Shown: positions 1-10,380, numbered from the stretch's first letter. The stretch: DNA of 32,363 nucleotides from Novosphingobium sp. (GCA_031360905.1 JANMCD010000086.1:1-32363); one strand, 5' to 3'. Notes: generated from the sequence alone by a model not told the origin. Numbers and translations: made by a program.

Positions 1-1218
1 CTTGCCATTCGCGTGAAGCCAGGCGATCTTGCGGCCCTCGCTGGCCGGCAAGACGAAACTGTGCAATTGCGCATTCGCTGTCAGCAGCCGCCCCAGAACA
101 TCGAGCAAAGCGTCGCAGCCTTCGCCGCCAAGTGCTGAAACAGGAACGATTAGTTCATCCTCGCGAGTGCCCATGACGGCTTCGAGCTCGGCGCCCTGGC
201 CCGGCCCTAGCAGATCCCACTTGTTCCACACCTCGACGATCGGAATGTTCGCCTCACCGCCCCCATCCCCGACCAGACCGAGGTCGTCGAGAATTTGCAA
301 AACCTGCGCCTTTTGCGCCGCGGAATTGGGATTGGCGATGTCGCGGACATGCAGGATGACGTCGGCCGTGGTGACTTCCTCCAGCGTCGCGCGAAACGCG
401 GCGACAAGCTGGGTCGGCAGATCGGAAATGAATCCCACCGTGTCCGACAGTATCGCCTTTTCAACGCCCGGCAGGCGGATTGCCCGCATGGTCGGATCGA
501 GCGTGGCGAAGAGCAAATCCTCCGCCATGACGTCGGCCCCGGTCAGCCGATTGAACAGCGTCGATTTCCCGGCATTGGTATAGCCAACCAGGGCAATCGT
601 CGGCCAGGGCGCCTTGTCGCGACGTTCGCGGTGCAGTCCGCGGGTGCGCTTGACCTGCTCGAGATCGCGGCGCAGCTTGGCCATGCGGTCACGGATCAGG
701 CGACGGTCAGCCTCGATCTGAGTCTCGCCCGGCCCGCCGAGAAAGCCGAAACCACCGCGCTGCCGCTCCAGGTGAGTCCAGCTGCGTACCAGCCTGCCCG
801 CCTGGTAATCCAGATGCGCCAGTTCGACCTGCAACCGGCCTTCCGCCGTCGCTGCGCGCTCACCAAAGATTTCGAGGATCAGGCCGGTGCGGTCGATCAC
901 CTTACGCTTGAGTTTCTCTTCGAGATTTCGCTGCTGGATCGCCGTCAGTGCGCCATCGACAATAACCAACTCCGCCTCGGCCTGGGTGCAGGCAACGGCG
1001 ATGTTCTGCACCTGCCCCTCGCCGAACAGGGTTGCCGCCCGGGGAGTCCGCACCGGGATGACAAAGGCGTCGGCAACATCGATGCCGATAGCGAGCGCCA
1101 GCCCTCGTGCTTCATCGAGCCGCGCTTGCGGATCGAGCGGTCCGCGCAACTGCGGGCAAACCACAACCGCCCGCGCGCCCCGGGTGACGGTTCCAGCAAG
1201 ATCGTCCGAAGCGTTCAG
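1..1218 (-). CDS. hflX: GTPase HflX (3' end runs off the window; probable CTG start at 1218, alternative GTG at 1164)
   Basis: Not in the ORF track. Manual translation of the minus strand gives [46 protein letters not shown]1 [17 protein letters not shown]3 DTVG and NKWD. Lies directly downstream of hfq. Confidence 0.95.
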   Translation of the reverse strand, partial: MNASDDLAGTVTRGARAVVVCPQLRGPLDPQARLDEARGLALAIGIDVADAFVIPVRTPRAATLFGEGQVQNIAVACTQAEAELVIVDGALTAIQQRNLEEKLKRKVIDRTGLILEIFGERAATAEGRLQVELAHLDYQAGRLVRSWTHLERQRGGFGFLGGPGETQIEADRRLIRDRMAKLRRDLEQVKRTRGLHRERRDKAPWPTIALVGYTNAGKSTLFNRLTGADVMAEDLLFATLDPTMRAIRLPGVEKAILSDTVGFISDLPTQLVAAFRATLEEVTTADVILHVRDIANPNSAAQKAQVLQILDDLGLVGDGGGEANIPIVEVWNKWDLLGPGQGAELEAVMGTREDELIVPVSALGGEGCDALLDVLGRLLTANAQLHSFVLPASEGRKIAWLHANGK

Positions 1219-1781
1219 TCCTCGTTATCCGCTTCACCGTCCCAGTCGCCGCTAAGATCGACCGGTGTCAGCGGCTGAATGGTTGACACCGCGTGCTTAT
1301 AGGCCAGTTGGACGTAGCCTTCGCGCTCAAGCAACATGCAAAACAGGTCATAGGCCGCGATCCGGCCCTGCAACATGACTCCGTTTACCAGGAACATCGT
1401 TACCTGCGCGTTGGCACTGCGAGTGCTGGACAGGAAGACGTCTTGCAGCAGCCGTACCTTCTTCGCCGCTTCGCTACCCATCGAGAACTGGCGCACATCG
1501 ATTGGGGTGCTGGGCATGATGGTCGAGACGGCATGTTTGTAGACAAGCTGCGTCTGCCCGTCCCGGCGCAGCAGGATCGAAAAATTATCGAACCAGGTGA
1601 CAATCCCCTGCAGCTTGACGCCCTTGACCAGAAACATGGTCACCGGGGTTTTATTCTTGCGGAGATAGTTGAGGAACTGGTCCTGAAGGCTTTGGCCCTT
1701 GCTGCCGACGGGCAAGATTTCGGGCCCGGGGGGCGTTGCCGGCTCAGGGCGCGCGCGAGCGGAAAGAGTACGTCCGGTCAT
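1215..1781 (-). CDS. hfq: RNA chaperone Hfq with two tandem Sm/Hfq domains
   Basis: Two copies of the Hfq core: LQDQFL...[12 protein letters not shown]...FDNF...[13 protein letters not shown] and LQDVFL...[12 protein letters not shown]...YDLF...[13 protein letters not shown]. Sits between ntrX and hflX. Confidence 0.97.
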   Translation of the reverse strand: MTGRTLSARARPEPATPPGPEILPVGSKGQSLQDQFLNYLRKNKTPVTMFLVKGVKLQGIVTWFDNFSILLRRDGQTQLVYKHAVSTIMPSTPIDVRQFSMGSEAAKKVRLLQDVFLSSTRSANAQVTMFLVNGVMLQGRIAAYDLFCMLLEREGYVQLAYKHAVSTIQPLTPVDLSGDWDGEADNED

Positions 1782-1856
1782 AATATGGTCCTGTTTTTGG
1801 CGGCCGCTTGTGCGATCCGCGATCTGGCCGGGAAATCATGCCGACCGGTAATTACT

Positions 1857-1886
1857 GCCTATAATCGTTTTGTGACGGGATTGTGA
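1857..1886 (-). promoter_or_regulatory. Candidate hfq promoter with a TCACAA direct repeat (11-bp period)
   Basis: Minus strand reads TTCACA-N17-TTATAG. On the plus strand TTGTGA occurs at 1870-1875 and 1881-1886. Confidence 0.35.
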
Positions 1887-1909
1887 AGATACTTCCTGGC
1901 GCGTGAGTC

Positions 1910-3304
1910 TCATTCCACGTCCTCCTCTTCCTCTTCCTCGCGCCGCTCTCCCATCCCCAGGAGCTTGAGTTTGCGGTGCAGCGCCGAGCGTTCCATGCCG
2001 ATAAAGCCGGCTGTCTTGGAAATGTTCCCGGAAAATCGTCGGATCTGAACCTTGAGGTATTCGCGTTCGAAATTTTCCCGTGCTTCGCGGAGTGGCACCC
2101 CCATCAGAGCCGACATCCTTGAATCGCCCTGTAACCGTTCGCTGAACAATTCCGCTGGCAGCATGTCGACTTCAATGCGCTCAAGCCGTTCTCGCGGTGC
2201 GAGTATGACAGTGCGCTCCACGACATTCCGCAGTTGGCGAACATTGCCTGGCCACTCATAAGCCTGCAGGACCGTCATGGCTTCATCCCCGACTTCGGGC
2301 GGCTGAATGCCCTGATCCCGGGCGTAGCGCGCGAAGAAATGGTTCACCAGCGCCGGAATGTCCTCGCGCCGGTCCGACAGTAGCGGCACGCTGATCGGCA
2401 CGACATTCAGCCGGTAGAACAAGTCCTCGCGAAAGCGGCCCTCGGCAATTTCCAATTCGAGATCGCGCGAGGTGGAGGAGACCACCCGGACATCGACCCG
2501 GATTTGCCGATTGCCGCCAACCCTGACGAAAGCCTGCTCGGTAAGGACGCGCAGGATTCGCGCCTGGGTCGACAGCGGCATATCGGCCACCTCATCGAAA
2601 TAAAGCGTTCCGCCATCGGCCTTTTCCAGAAGGCCCGGCCGCAGGAGGTTGCCGTCGGCCTCTTCGCCGAACAGTTCCTCTTCGAAACGCTCTGGTGTGA
2701 TCCGGGCAGAATTAACGCTGACAAACGCGCATGCCGCCCGTGAACTCCAGCTGTGCAGCAGCCGCGCCGCAACCTCCTTGCCCGCGCCCGCTGGACCGGA
2801 AATCAGCAGCCGGCTGCCGGTATTGGCAATACGCTTGATGGTGGCGCGCACCTGATTGATCGCTGGGCTATTGCCGGTGAACTCGTCGGAATTGGTGAAG
2901 CCCTGACGAAGCTGGGCATTTTCCCGGCGCAAGCGCTCGGTCTCTGTGGCCCGCCCGACCAAATGCAGCAACTGCTCGGCCTCAAATGGCTTTTCGAGGA
3001 AATCGACCGCCCCGCGCCCGATCGCCGAGACCGCTGTATCGATGTTGCCGTGGCCGGAGAAGACGATCACCGGCAGTTCGGGCTCGCGCGCCTTGATCGC
3101 ATCGAGCACTTCGAGCCCATCCATCGGGCTACCATGAAGCCAGACATCGAGCAGGACCAGCGAAGGCCGGCGCTGATCTATAGCATCAAGCGCGGACAGA
3201 CTGTCGCCGGCAGTGCGGCATTCGTAGCCCTCGTCGCTGAGCACCCCAGCCACGAGGTCGCGAATATCGCGTTCGTCATCGACAATCAGTATGTCGAGCG
3301 CCAT
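1910..3304 (-). CDS. ntrX: Response regulator NtrX (REC-AAA+-HTH)
   Basis: Start reassigned to [11 protein letters not shown] (ATG 3304, GGAGG upstream). REC domain, Walker A-like [27 protein letters not shown] and a C-terminal HTH. No GAFTGA loop, as expected for NtrX. Follows ntrY. Confidence 0.93.
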   Translation of the reverse strand: MALDILIVDDERDIRDLVAGVLSDEGYECRTAGDSLSALDAIDQRRPSLVLLDVWLHGSPMDGLEVLDAIKAREPELPVIVFSGHGNIDTAVSAIGRGAVDFLEKPFEAEQLLHLVGRATETERLRRENAQLRQGFTNSDEFTGNSPAINQVRATIKRIANTGSRLLISGPAGAGKEVAARLLHSWSSRAACAFVSVNSARITPERFEEELFGEEADGNLLRPGLLEKADGGTLYFDEVADMPLSTQARILRVLTEQAFVRVGGNRQIRVDVRVVSSTSRDLELEIAEGRFREDLFYRLNVVPISVPLLSDRREDIPALVNHFFARYARDQGIQPPEVGDEAMTVLQAYEWPGNVRQLRNVVERTVILAPRERLERIEVDMLPAELFSERLQGDSRMSALMGVPLREARENFEREYLKVQIRRFSGNISKTAGFIGMERSALHRKLKLLGMGERREEEEEEDVE

Positions 3305-3329
3305 TGGGCCTCCGTCAGTACAGCTACCG

Positions 3330-5552
3330 TCATTCCGCCGCCTCCGATGTGCGCCTGCCCGCCAGCGGGTCGCAGGCAAAGCGCATGGTAACGCATGCCC
3401 CGCCCCCCTCGGCGGAGGCAAATGTCATTTCACCGCCATGTTCTTCGACAATCTTGTTGACGATCGCGAGGCCAAGGCCGGTCCCCTTTTCGCGCGAGGT
3501 GACATAGGGTTCGACTATCCGTTCACGATCTTTGGGCAATCCGATGCCATTGTCGATGACCGAGACCAGGATCGAATCGTTATCGGGGCGGATATCGACA
3601 GAAACTTTTCCCCGGAACGCAACAGATTCGGTTTTTGCTCGTGCATCAACAGCTTCCACGGCATTTTTCAGGACATTCGTCATCGCCTGGCCGAATTGAT
3701 GGCGGTCGCAGGCAATCGATGGAAGGGCCTGATGGGCAGCAAAGGAGAATGCGATATCCGGCCGCGCAACTTCCTGCAGGAACACCGCCTGGCGCGCCAG
3801 ATCGAGCGAATCTTCATTGCGGAACACCGGTTTCGGCAACCGCGCGAACGAGGAAAACTCGTCGACCATTTTGCGCAGATCGCCGACCTGGCGAATGATC
3901 GTGCTGGTCAGTTCCTCGAACAGTTCGGGATCGTCTGAAATCTGCTTGCGATAACGGCGGCTCAGCCTTTCGGTCGCGAGCTGGATCGGGGTGAGCGGAT
4001 TCTTGATTTCATGGGCAATCCGGCGCGCGACATCGGACCAAGCCGCCTGGCGCTGGTCGAGCAGCTGGCGGGTAATATCCTCGAAGGTGATCACCAGCCC
4101 GGTGCCGCCATGGCTGATCTTAACCGCCAGCGTCAGCAAATCGCCGCCCTTGGCATATTGGACGATGCCGCTCGACAACCCGGCGTCGACCAATCCGGCA
4201 ATCTCCGGGGCGACATCGGCGAGCCGCACGCCCAGCGGCCCAGGTCCCGAATGGTCGAGCAGCAGCTTCTGCGCCGAGCTGTTGAGCAGCAGAATCTGGC
4301 CTTCGAGATTGGTCGAGACGATGCCGGCCGTCACCGATTCGATTACTGCTTCAATCAGCGCCCGGCGATCGTGCAGTTGCTGGTTCGCGTTGAGCAGGGC
4401 CTGGGTCTGTTTCTCGATCTGCGCGGTCATGCGATTGAACGCGCGGTTGAGCAGGCCGATCTCGTCCGCGCCGGTACGCCCCTCGACCCGCAAGGCAAAA
4501 TTGCCGCTGCCGACGCGCCGTGCGGCATCGACCAGCTCATGCAGCGGTTTTACCTGGCGGTCGGCGAAACGCAGCGCCAGCCAGACGAAAAACCCGACCA
4601 GCGCCAGCGACAGGACGAACAGCGCCACGTTGAACCGCAATTGCAGCACCCGCGCCCGCCGGGTCAGCACTTCATAGGCCTGCACGATGTTCTGCGCCCG
4701 CTGTCCCTGGCTGAATGCCAGCAGATCTGACACGCGCGCGGTATAGAGGTAAACGCCAGAGCGCCGGTCGATCGGGGTTATCGCCTCGATCTTGTTGGCG
4801 CTGGCGTTGACGACAATCGCTTCGCCCCCCTCGATCCGCGCCAGCACGGCGGGGCTCATCCGCTGACGATCGGTGTTGCTTTCCGGATCGACGATGGCGG
4901 CGGTGCGCAGCTGGCCGTCCTCACCCTTCTGGATAATTGCGGATTCGTTGAGCTTCCGGTTGACGACCTGGTAGGAATAGAATTGCGCGAACGACGGGGC
5001 GGCAATCGATTCCGTGCTGAGGAAGGCGCGCAGGTCGCTGGCCATGGCGACGGATTCACTGCTGACATCGCGCTGGGTCTGCTCGTGATAGCCTCGGGCC
5101 AGCTTATTGGCGTTTTCCAGGAGGCCTCGCGAATTGTCGGAAAACCAGAACTCGACGCCCGACTGAAACAGCCAGGACGCGAAAATCACCACCAGCAGCG
5201 TCGGGATCGCCGAGATCATCGAGAACAGGAACACCAGCTGAACATGCATCCGGCCCGATCCCCCGATGCTTTCCGCCGCGCGCCGCAGCGCGAGCCGCCG
5301 CCCCAGCAGGACAAGGATCGTCATCGCAGGAACCAGCATGCCGACCAGCAGTGTTGCGGTCATATCCGAAGGCAGCAACTCGCGCTTTTCCGCCTGAGCG
5401 GATAGCGTGACCCAGGCAATCGCCGACATCAGCACGAAGGCGATCACCGCTGCGGCTTCGACCACGGCGAAGAAATTCGCCCGGCGCGCGGCTATCTGCA
5501 CACGCCGCCACCAAACCGGCCAGCGCCGTTTGCGTAAAGAAGCCTCGCTCAT
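3330..5552 (-). CDS. ntrY: Membrane sensor histidine kinase NtrY (TM-HAMP-PAS-HisKA-HATPase)
   Basis: Several N-terminal hydrophobic helices, HAMP ([13 protein letters not shown]), [27 protein letters not shown] and GTGLGL. Lies between ntrC and ntrX. Confidence 0.93.
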   Translation of the reverse strand: MSEASLRKRRWPVWWRRVQIAARRANFFAVVEAAAVIAFVLMSAIAWVTLSAQAEKRELLPSDMTATLLVGMLVPAMTILVLLGRRLALRRAAESIGGSGRMHVQLVFLFSMISAIPTLLVVIFASWLFQSGVEFWFSDNSRGLLENANKLARGYHEQTQRDVSSESVAMASDLRAFLSTESIAAPSFAQFYSYQVVNRKLNESAIIQKGEDGQLRTAAIVDPESNTDRQRMSPAVLARIEGGEAIVVNASANKIEAITPIDRRSGVYLYTARVSDLLAFSQGQRAQNIVQAYEVLTRRARVLQLRFNVALFVLSLALVGFFVWLALRFADRQVKPLHELVDAARRVGSGNFALRVEGRTGADEIGLLNRAFNRMTAQIEKQTQALLNANQQLHDRRALIEAVIESVTAGIVSTNLEGQILLLNSSAQKLLLDHSGPGPLGVRLADVAPEIAGLVDAGLSSGIVQYAKGGDLLTLAVKISHGGTGLVITFEDITRQLLDQRQAAWSDVARRIAHEIKNPLTPIQLATERLSRRYRKQISDDPELFEELTSTIIRQVGDLRKMVDEFSSFARLPKPVFRNEDSLDLARQAVFLQEVARPDIAFSFAAHQALPSIACDRHQFGQAMTNVLKNAVEAVDARAKTESVAFRGKVSVDIRPDNDSILVSVIDNGIGLPKDRERIVEPYVTSREKGTGLGLAIVNKIVEEHGGEMTFASAEGGGACVTMRFACDPLAGRRTSEAAE

Positions 5553-5556
5553 GATC

Positions 5557-5593
5557 GTTGCACTATTACAACACTCCTGTTGCCGGTCTGCAA
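5557..5593 (-). promoter_or_regulatory. Candidate internal ntrYX promoter with an overlapping imperfect inverted repeat
   Basis: Minus strand TTGCAG-N17-TGTAAT in the ntrC-ntrY gap; inverted repeat GTTGCACTATTACAAC at 5557-5572, just before the ntrY ATG. Confidence 0.4.
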
Positions 5594-5615
5594 GAGAAAA
5601 GCGCCGGGTAGAAGC

Positions 5616-7031
5616 TCAGGATCGGCGGCTGAAACCGTCCGGATCGATCGCCAATTCGCCGAGCCGCTTGCGCAGCGTATTGCGGTTGATGCCGAGCAAC
5701 TGCGCCGCACGCAGTTGGTTGCCACCGGTTTCCTGGAGAACTGCGGCGAATAAGGGCCGCTCGAAAGTTTCCAGCGCGCGGTCGTAAACCGTGCCAGGCG
5801 CAGGCCTGGTTTCGCCCAGCCAGCGGGCAACTGCCGCATCGAACCCCTGATCGGTGATACCGGTAGCATCGGGCGTGTGAAGCTGTTGCAGCAGCGGCAT
5901 CACGGCAGCGGCGTCGATGATCTCTTCGCGGGCCAGCAGCGCCAGGCGGAAGATGAAGTTCTTCAACTCCCGGACATTGCCGCGCCAGGGTTGGCGGACC
6001 AGCAAGCCGGCGGCATCGGCGGTCAGCTGGTGGCGGGGCAGGCCTTCACCGACGGCGAGCTGGAGGAAGTGCCGGGCCAGCGCCTCGATGTCGTCGGGCC
6101 GTTCACGCAGCGCCGGCAGTTCGATCGGCACCACATTGATGCGGTAATAGAGGTCCTCGCGGAACTGGCCAGCGGCGATCATCGGGGCGAGATCACGGTT
6201 AGTAGCCGCAACGATCCGGGTATCGATCGTCACTTCCTCGCGCCCGCCGACGCGCCGGATACTGCCCGATTGCAGCGCGCGGAGCAGCCGTGTCTGGGCC
6301 TGCATCGGCATATCGCCGATCTCATCGAGGAACAGGGTGCCGCCGACCGCCTGCTCAAATTTGCCGATGTGGCGCGCGACAGCGCCGGTGAAGGCCCCCT
6401 TCTCGTGCCCAAAAAGCTCGCTCTCGATCAGTTCGGCGGGGATCGCCGCGGTGTTGACCGCGACAAACGGCCCGGCGCTGCGGTGGCCGAGCTGGTGGAT
6501 GGCCTCGGCCACCAGTTCCTTGCCGGTGCCCGATTCGCCGAGGATCAGTACGGTCAGATCGTTACGCAGCACCCGCGTTATCATCCGGTAGACCGCCTGC
6601 ATTGGCGCGCTGCGACCAACCAGTGGCAGACTCTGGCCGGGCTCGTCCGGGGCAAAGCCTTCCCTGCCATCGGCATTCGCCCCGACGGCTTGCCGCACTG
6701 CCTTGGCCAGTTCGTCGATATCGAAGGGCTTGGGGAAATACTCATAAGCGCCGGTGCCACTGGCGCGAACAGCCGTATCGAGGGTGTTTTGCGCTGAAAG
6801 TATGATTACCGGCATGGTCGGATGGAGCGCGCGGACCGTATCCATAGTGTCGATCCCGTCGCCATCGGGCAAGATGACATCGGTAACAAGCACGGAAAAG
6901 CGCCGATCGGATAATTGCCGGTCACGTTCGCCGAGGCTGGCGCAGCGCGTGACCGCGAAGCCTTCCGCCTCCAGCGCGGCGGTGATGACGATGGCGATGG
7001 ACTCGTCGTCTTCGACCAGCAGCACACTCAT
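5616..7031 (-). CDS. ntrC: Nitrogen regulation protein NtrC (sigma-54 activator)
   Basis: REC domain, GESGTGKE, ESELFGHEKGAFTGA, LFLDEIGD, WRGNVREL and HTH NQLRAAQLLGINRNTLRK. 4-nt overlap with ntrB. Confidence 0.95.
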   Translation of the reverse strand: MSVLLVEDDESIAIVITAALEAEGFAVTRCASLGERDRQLSDRRFSVLVTDVILPDGDGIDTMDTVRALHPTMPVIILSAQNTLDTAVRASGTGAYEYFPKPFDIDELAKAVRQAVGANADGREGFAPDEPGQSLPLVGRSAPMQAVYRMITRVLRNDLTVLILGESGTGKELVAEAIHQLGHRSAGPFVAVNTAAIPAELIESELFGHEKGAFTGAVARHIGKFEQAVGGTLFLDEIGDMPMQAQTRLLRALQSGSIRRVGGREEVTIDTRIVAATNRDLAPMIAAGQFREDLYYRINVVPIELPALRERPDDIEALARHFLQLAVGEGLPRHQLTADAAGLLVRQPWRGNVRELKNFIFRLALLAREEIIDAAAVMPLLQQLHTPDATGITDQGFDAAVARWLGETRPAPGTVYDRALETFERPLFAAVLQETGGNQLRAAQLLGINRNTLRKRLGELAIDPDGFSRRS

Positions 7032-8128
7032 GGCGCCTCGACCTCCCGCTGGTCCCGGCCCCCGGTAACGCCAGCCATTGGAAGGTGCAGGCGGAAATGG
7101 GTCCAGCGGCCAGCATCGTCGCGCTCGTGGCCGATCCGTCCGTGCATCTCGCCGACCAGCTTGCGCACCAGCGCGAGCCCCAGCCCCTGCCCGCTCTTCT
7201 TGGTGGTGACGAAAGGATCGAAAATGCGGTCGCGCATCGCCGGATCCACACCGGGGCCATTGTCGCTGATCCGGATTTCAATCGGCAACCGTACCGGCTC
7301 ACTAGTTCCGGTGGAACTGAGCTGCAGACCGCTGGCGAAGCGCGTCCGGACGATAAGCCGGGGCTTGACCGTTGTTTCGCAAGCCTCGCGGGCGTTGGCG
7401 AGGAGATTGATCAGAACCTGCACCAGCGCATCGGCATTGCCGAGCACCGAGGGCAGCGAGGGATCGAATTCTTCCTCGATCCGCGGTCCCTCACGTTCCG
7501 CCGCGCCCAGAACCGCGCTGGCGCGGCGGACCGCCTCGTGCAGGTTACAAGACTCGAGCGGGGCGGTGGTGCGGCGGCTGAGGGTTTGCATCTGGTCGAT
7601 CAGCTTGGCGATCCGGTCGACTTCGGCTGTAATCAGCCGGGTCAGGGCCTGGTCTTTTTCCCCGACTTTGCGCGCCAGCAGCTGCGCCGCGCCGCGGATG
7701 CCGGCGAGCGGGTTCTTGATTTCGTGCGCCAGCACCTCCGGCGCCCGCAGCAAAGCATCTTCGGCGCCGCCCGAATCCTCACCCATGGCCTCGGCGGTGC
7801 TGGAATCGTGGAGCGTAAGCACCTGCCAGCCCGGCTCGCCGACCACCGGAGCCGCCGTGACGTCGAGGCGGCGGGTGCCGATACCGGCGATGGTAACATC
7901 GATTTCGCGCGCGGAAACCGGTGTTTCGCTATCGCTCAACCGCTCAGCCAGCCGCGGTTCGTCAAAGCTCAGCGTAGCAAGCAGCGGGCGCCCGGCGAGG
8001 CGGCGCAGGCTTTGGCCGAGGAATTGCTCGGCGGCCGGATTGGCTGCAGCGATCTTCTGGCCAGGCGCAAGCAGCACGATCGCAAGCGGCAGGCTGGCGA
8101 GCTGCCGCTGCGCATCGGGGATGGTCAT
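7028..8128 (-). CDS. ntrB: Nitrogen regulation sensor kinase NtrB
   Basis: Soluble PAS plus kinase: [38 protein letters not shown]. Lies between dusB and ntrC. Confidence 0.93.
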   Translation of the reverse strand: MTIPDAQRQLASLPLAIVLLAPGQKIAAANPAAEQFLGQSLRRLAGRPLLATLSFDEPRLAERLSDSETPVSAREIDVTIAGIGTRRLDVTAAPVVGEPGWQVLTLHDSSTAEAMGEDSGGAEDALLRAPEVLAHEIKNPLAGIRGAAQLLARKVGEKDQALTRLITAEVDRIAKLIDQMQTLSRRTTAPLESCNLHEAVRRASAVLGAAEREGPRIEEEFDPSLPSVLGNADALVQVLINLLANAREACETTVKPRLIVRTRFASGLQLSSTGTSEPVRLPIEIRISDNGPGVDPAMRDRIFDPFVTTKKSGQGLGLALVRKLVGEMHGRIGHERDDAGRWTHFRLHLPMAGVTGGRDQREVEAP

Positions 8129-8142
8129 CGCCGCCCCATCGC

Positions 8143-9159
8143 TCAGGCGGCCTGGCGCTGGAGGAACGGTGCGTAGAATTCTGACAGTGAGCGGGTCACC
8201 TCACCTGCATCGTCGATGAAGTTGACCCGGTTGCGGAACTCGGCCGATCCTGGCAGGCCCTTGGTGTACCAGCCGACATGCTTGCGCGCCATCTTGACGC
8301 CAGTATCCTTGCCATAATGGACAAGCATCGCATGATAATGCTCAAGAATTAGAGATAGTTGCTGGTCGAGCGATGGTTCGGAAATGCTGGTCCCATGGCG
8401 CAGCCAATGCATGATTTGGCCCAGCAGCCACGGCTTGCCGTAAGCACCCCGGCCAATCATGACGCCATCCGCACCGGAAAGCTCCAGAGCACTGGCGGCA
8501 TCGGCGATGGTGCAGATGTCGCCGTTGACGATGACCGGGATCGCAACCGCCTGCTTCACCTGCCGGACAAAAGCCCAATCGGCCTCGTCCCGGTACATCT
8601 GGCAGCGGGTGCGGCCGTGGACGGTGATCATTTTCGCGCCGAGATCTTCGGCGATACGCGCCAATTCGGGGGCATTGAGCGTATTATGGTCCCAGCCCAT
8701 CCGCATCTTGACCGTCACCGGCACGTCGACCGCCTTCACCGTCGCCGCGATCAGGGCGGCGGCCAGCGGCAGGTCGCGCATCAGCGCCGAGCCGGCATCG
8801 CCGTTGACCACTTTCTTGACCGGGCAGCCCATGTTGATGTCAATAATCGCCGCGCCCCGGTCCGCATTGAGCTTGGCCGCTTCTGCCATTTCAGCTGGCG
8901 AACATCCGGCGAGCTGCAATGACACCGGTTCCTCGAGTTGGTCCCAAGCCGCCTTCTGCAGCGACTGACGCGTCTCGCGGATCATCGCCGGCGAGGCGAT
9001 CATCTCGGTGACATTGAGGCCCGAGCCGAAGCGGCGCACCAGCTTGCGGAACGGCATGTCGGTAACGCCGGTCATCGGCGCAAGGATCACCGGGCAATCG
9101 ACGCTTACGTTTCCGATGGCGATCGGCGCTAGCGTGGGAGGGATGGGAAGCGGGTTCAT
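8143..9159 (-). CDS. dusB: tRNA-dihydrouridine synthase B (NifR3)
   Basis: Start reassigned to MNPLPIPP (ATG 9159). LAPMTGVTD, DINMGCP, VTVKMRMGWD, VHGRT, NGDI and MIGRG motifs; classical nifR3-ntrB-ntrC order. Confidence 0.95.
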   Translation of the reverse strand: MNPLPIPPTLAPIAIGNVSVDCPVILAPMTGVTDMPFRKLVRRFGSGLNVTEMIASPAMIRETRQSLQKAAWDQLEEPVSLQLAGCSPAEMAEAAKLNADRGAAIIDINMGCPVKKVVNGDAGSALMRDLPLAAALIAATVKAVDVPVTVKMRMGWDHNTLNAPELARIAEDLGAKMITVHGRTRCQMYRDEADWAFVRQVKQAVAIPVIVNGDICTIADAASALELSGADGVMIGRGAYGKPWLLGQIMHWLRHGTSISEPSLDQQLSLILEHYHAMLVHYGKDTGVKMARKHVGWYTKGLPGSAEFRNRVNFIDDAGEVTRSLSEFYAPFLQRQAA

Positions 9160-9162
9160 CGT

Positions 9163-9183
9163 GCTGCCTAAAATTTGGGCAGC
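9163..9183. promoter_or_regulatory. Putative NtrC binding site (TGC-N11-GCA) just upstream of dusB-ntrBC
   Basis: GCTGCCTAAAATTTGGGCAGC is a near-perfect palindrome with an AT-rich core, ending 3 nt before the dusB ATG. Confidence 0.7.
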
Positions 9184-9193
9184 GCATAGTGGA

Positions 9194-9211
9194 TTGCCGT
9201 CAGTACGGCAA
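9194..9211. promoter_or_regulatory. Inverted repeat in the dusB/ispDF divergent gap
   Basis: TTGCCGT-CAGT-ACGGCAA, perfect 7-bp arms. Confidence 0.35.
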
Positions 9212-9231
9212 GCGGTTACCGGCGCGAAGCT

Positions 9232-10380
9232 ATGCCCGGCACGCCCCCCCCTTCCCGCACTGCCGCCGTTGTCGTCGCCGCCGGCCAAGGGCTGCGTGCC
9301 GGACAGCCGCTGCCCAAGCAATTCGCCCCGTGGCGCGGAAAACCAGTAGTGCGGCATTCGGTGGAAGCCCTGGCGGCGAACGGCATCTCGCAGATCGTCG
9401 TCGCCATCCCCGAGGGCGCCGATGAAATTGCCCAAAGCGCGCTCAAAGGCATAGCCGGCGTCCGGCTTGTCACCGGTGGCAGCTCCCGCCAGCTTTCGGT
9501 CAAACTAGGTCTTGAGGCGCTGGCAGGCGATGCGCCCGATAATGTCCTGATCCACGACGCCGCCCGGCCAATCCTCCCCGCGACGGTCATCACCCGCCTG
9601 CTCGATGCGCTGGCCATTCAGCAAGCAGCCATCCCGGTGCTGCCAGTGACCGACAGCCTTGCCCGGGATGATCAAGGAATGATGGGAACATCCGCCGACC
9701 GAAATGTGCTGCGCCGGGTCCAGACCCCCCAGGCGTTCCGCTACGCCGCGATCCTGGCTGCCCACCGCGCCTGGCCGGGCGCTGCCACTGCCGGGGACGA
9801 TGCCCAGGTGGCGCAGGCCGCCGGCATTGCCATTGCGCTGGTCGAAGGGGACGAAGCCTTGCACAAGCTGACCTATCCTGCCGACTTCGGCCGCAACGCG
9901 CCGCCGGTCCGCACCGGCACGGGCTATGATGTCCACCGGCTTGCCGATGGCGACGCCTTATGGTTGTGCGGCGTCCGTATCGAACACAGCCAGGGTCTTG
10001 CCGGCCATAGCGATGCCGATGTCGCCATCCATGCGCTGGTCGATGCGCTGCTCGGCGCGATTGGCGCGGGCGATATCGGCGAGCATTTCCCGCCCAGCGA
10101 CCCGCAATGGCGCGACGCTGCTTCGCAACTGTTCCTCGCCCACGCCGCCTCGTTGGTCGAAGCAGCCGGCTATGCCATCGGCAATGTCGACCTGACGATC
10201 ATTTGCGAAGCGCCCAAGATCGCCCCGCACCGCGAGGCGATGCGGGGCCGGCTAGCGGAACTGCTGGGCATTGACTCAGGCCTGGTCAGCGTCAAGGCCA
10301 CCACCACGGAAAAGCTCGGATTTGCTGGACGGGGCGAAGGTATCGCCGCGCAGGCAATCGCCACCCTGATCTTGCACTAA
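9232..10380 (+). CDS. ispDF: Bifunctional IspD/IspF (MEP pathway)
   Basis: IspD motifs AAGQGLR, PKQF, IHDAARP and QTPQAF, followed by IspF motifs GTGYDVH, GHSDADV, GDIGEHFPP and VKATTTEKLGF. Confidence 0.96.
   Translation: MPGTPPPSRTAAVVVAAGQGLRAGQPLPKQFAPWRGKPVVRHSVEALAANGISQIVVAIPEGADEIAQSALKGIAGVRLVTGGSSRQLSVKLGLEALAGDAPDNVLIHDAARPILPATVITRLLDALAIQQAAIPVLPVTDSLARDDQGMMGTSADRNVLRRVQTPQAFRYAAILAAHRAWPGAATAGDDAQVAQAAGIAIALVEGDEALHKLTYPADFGRNAPPVRTGTGYDVHRLADGDALWLCGVRIEHSQGLAGHSDADVAIHALVDALLGAIGAGDIGEHFPPSDPQWRDAASQLFLAHAASLVEAAGYAIGNVDLTIICEAPKIAPHREAMRGRLAELLGIDSGLVSVKATTTEKLGFAGRGEGIAAQAIATLILH

Noticed and set aside
29-1278. Plus-strand ORFs 29..583 and 295..1278
   Set aside because: Antisense shadows of hflX, which has all the GTPase motifs on the minus strand.
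3305-3421. N-terminal extension of the ntrX ORF
   Set aside because: Overlaps the ntrY end; the REC domain and an SD point to ATG 3304.
5877-8219. Long plus-strand ORFs (306, 434 and 363 aa) opposite ntrC/ntrB
   Set aside because: No recognisable motifs; typical stop-poor antisense frames in high-GC DNA.
9160-9435. Extended dusB N terminus overlapping ispDF
   Set aside because: It would overlap ispDF head-to-head and cover the NtrC-type box; the Dus domain starts after 9159.
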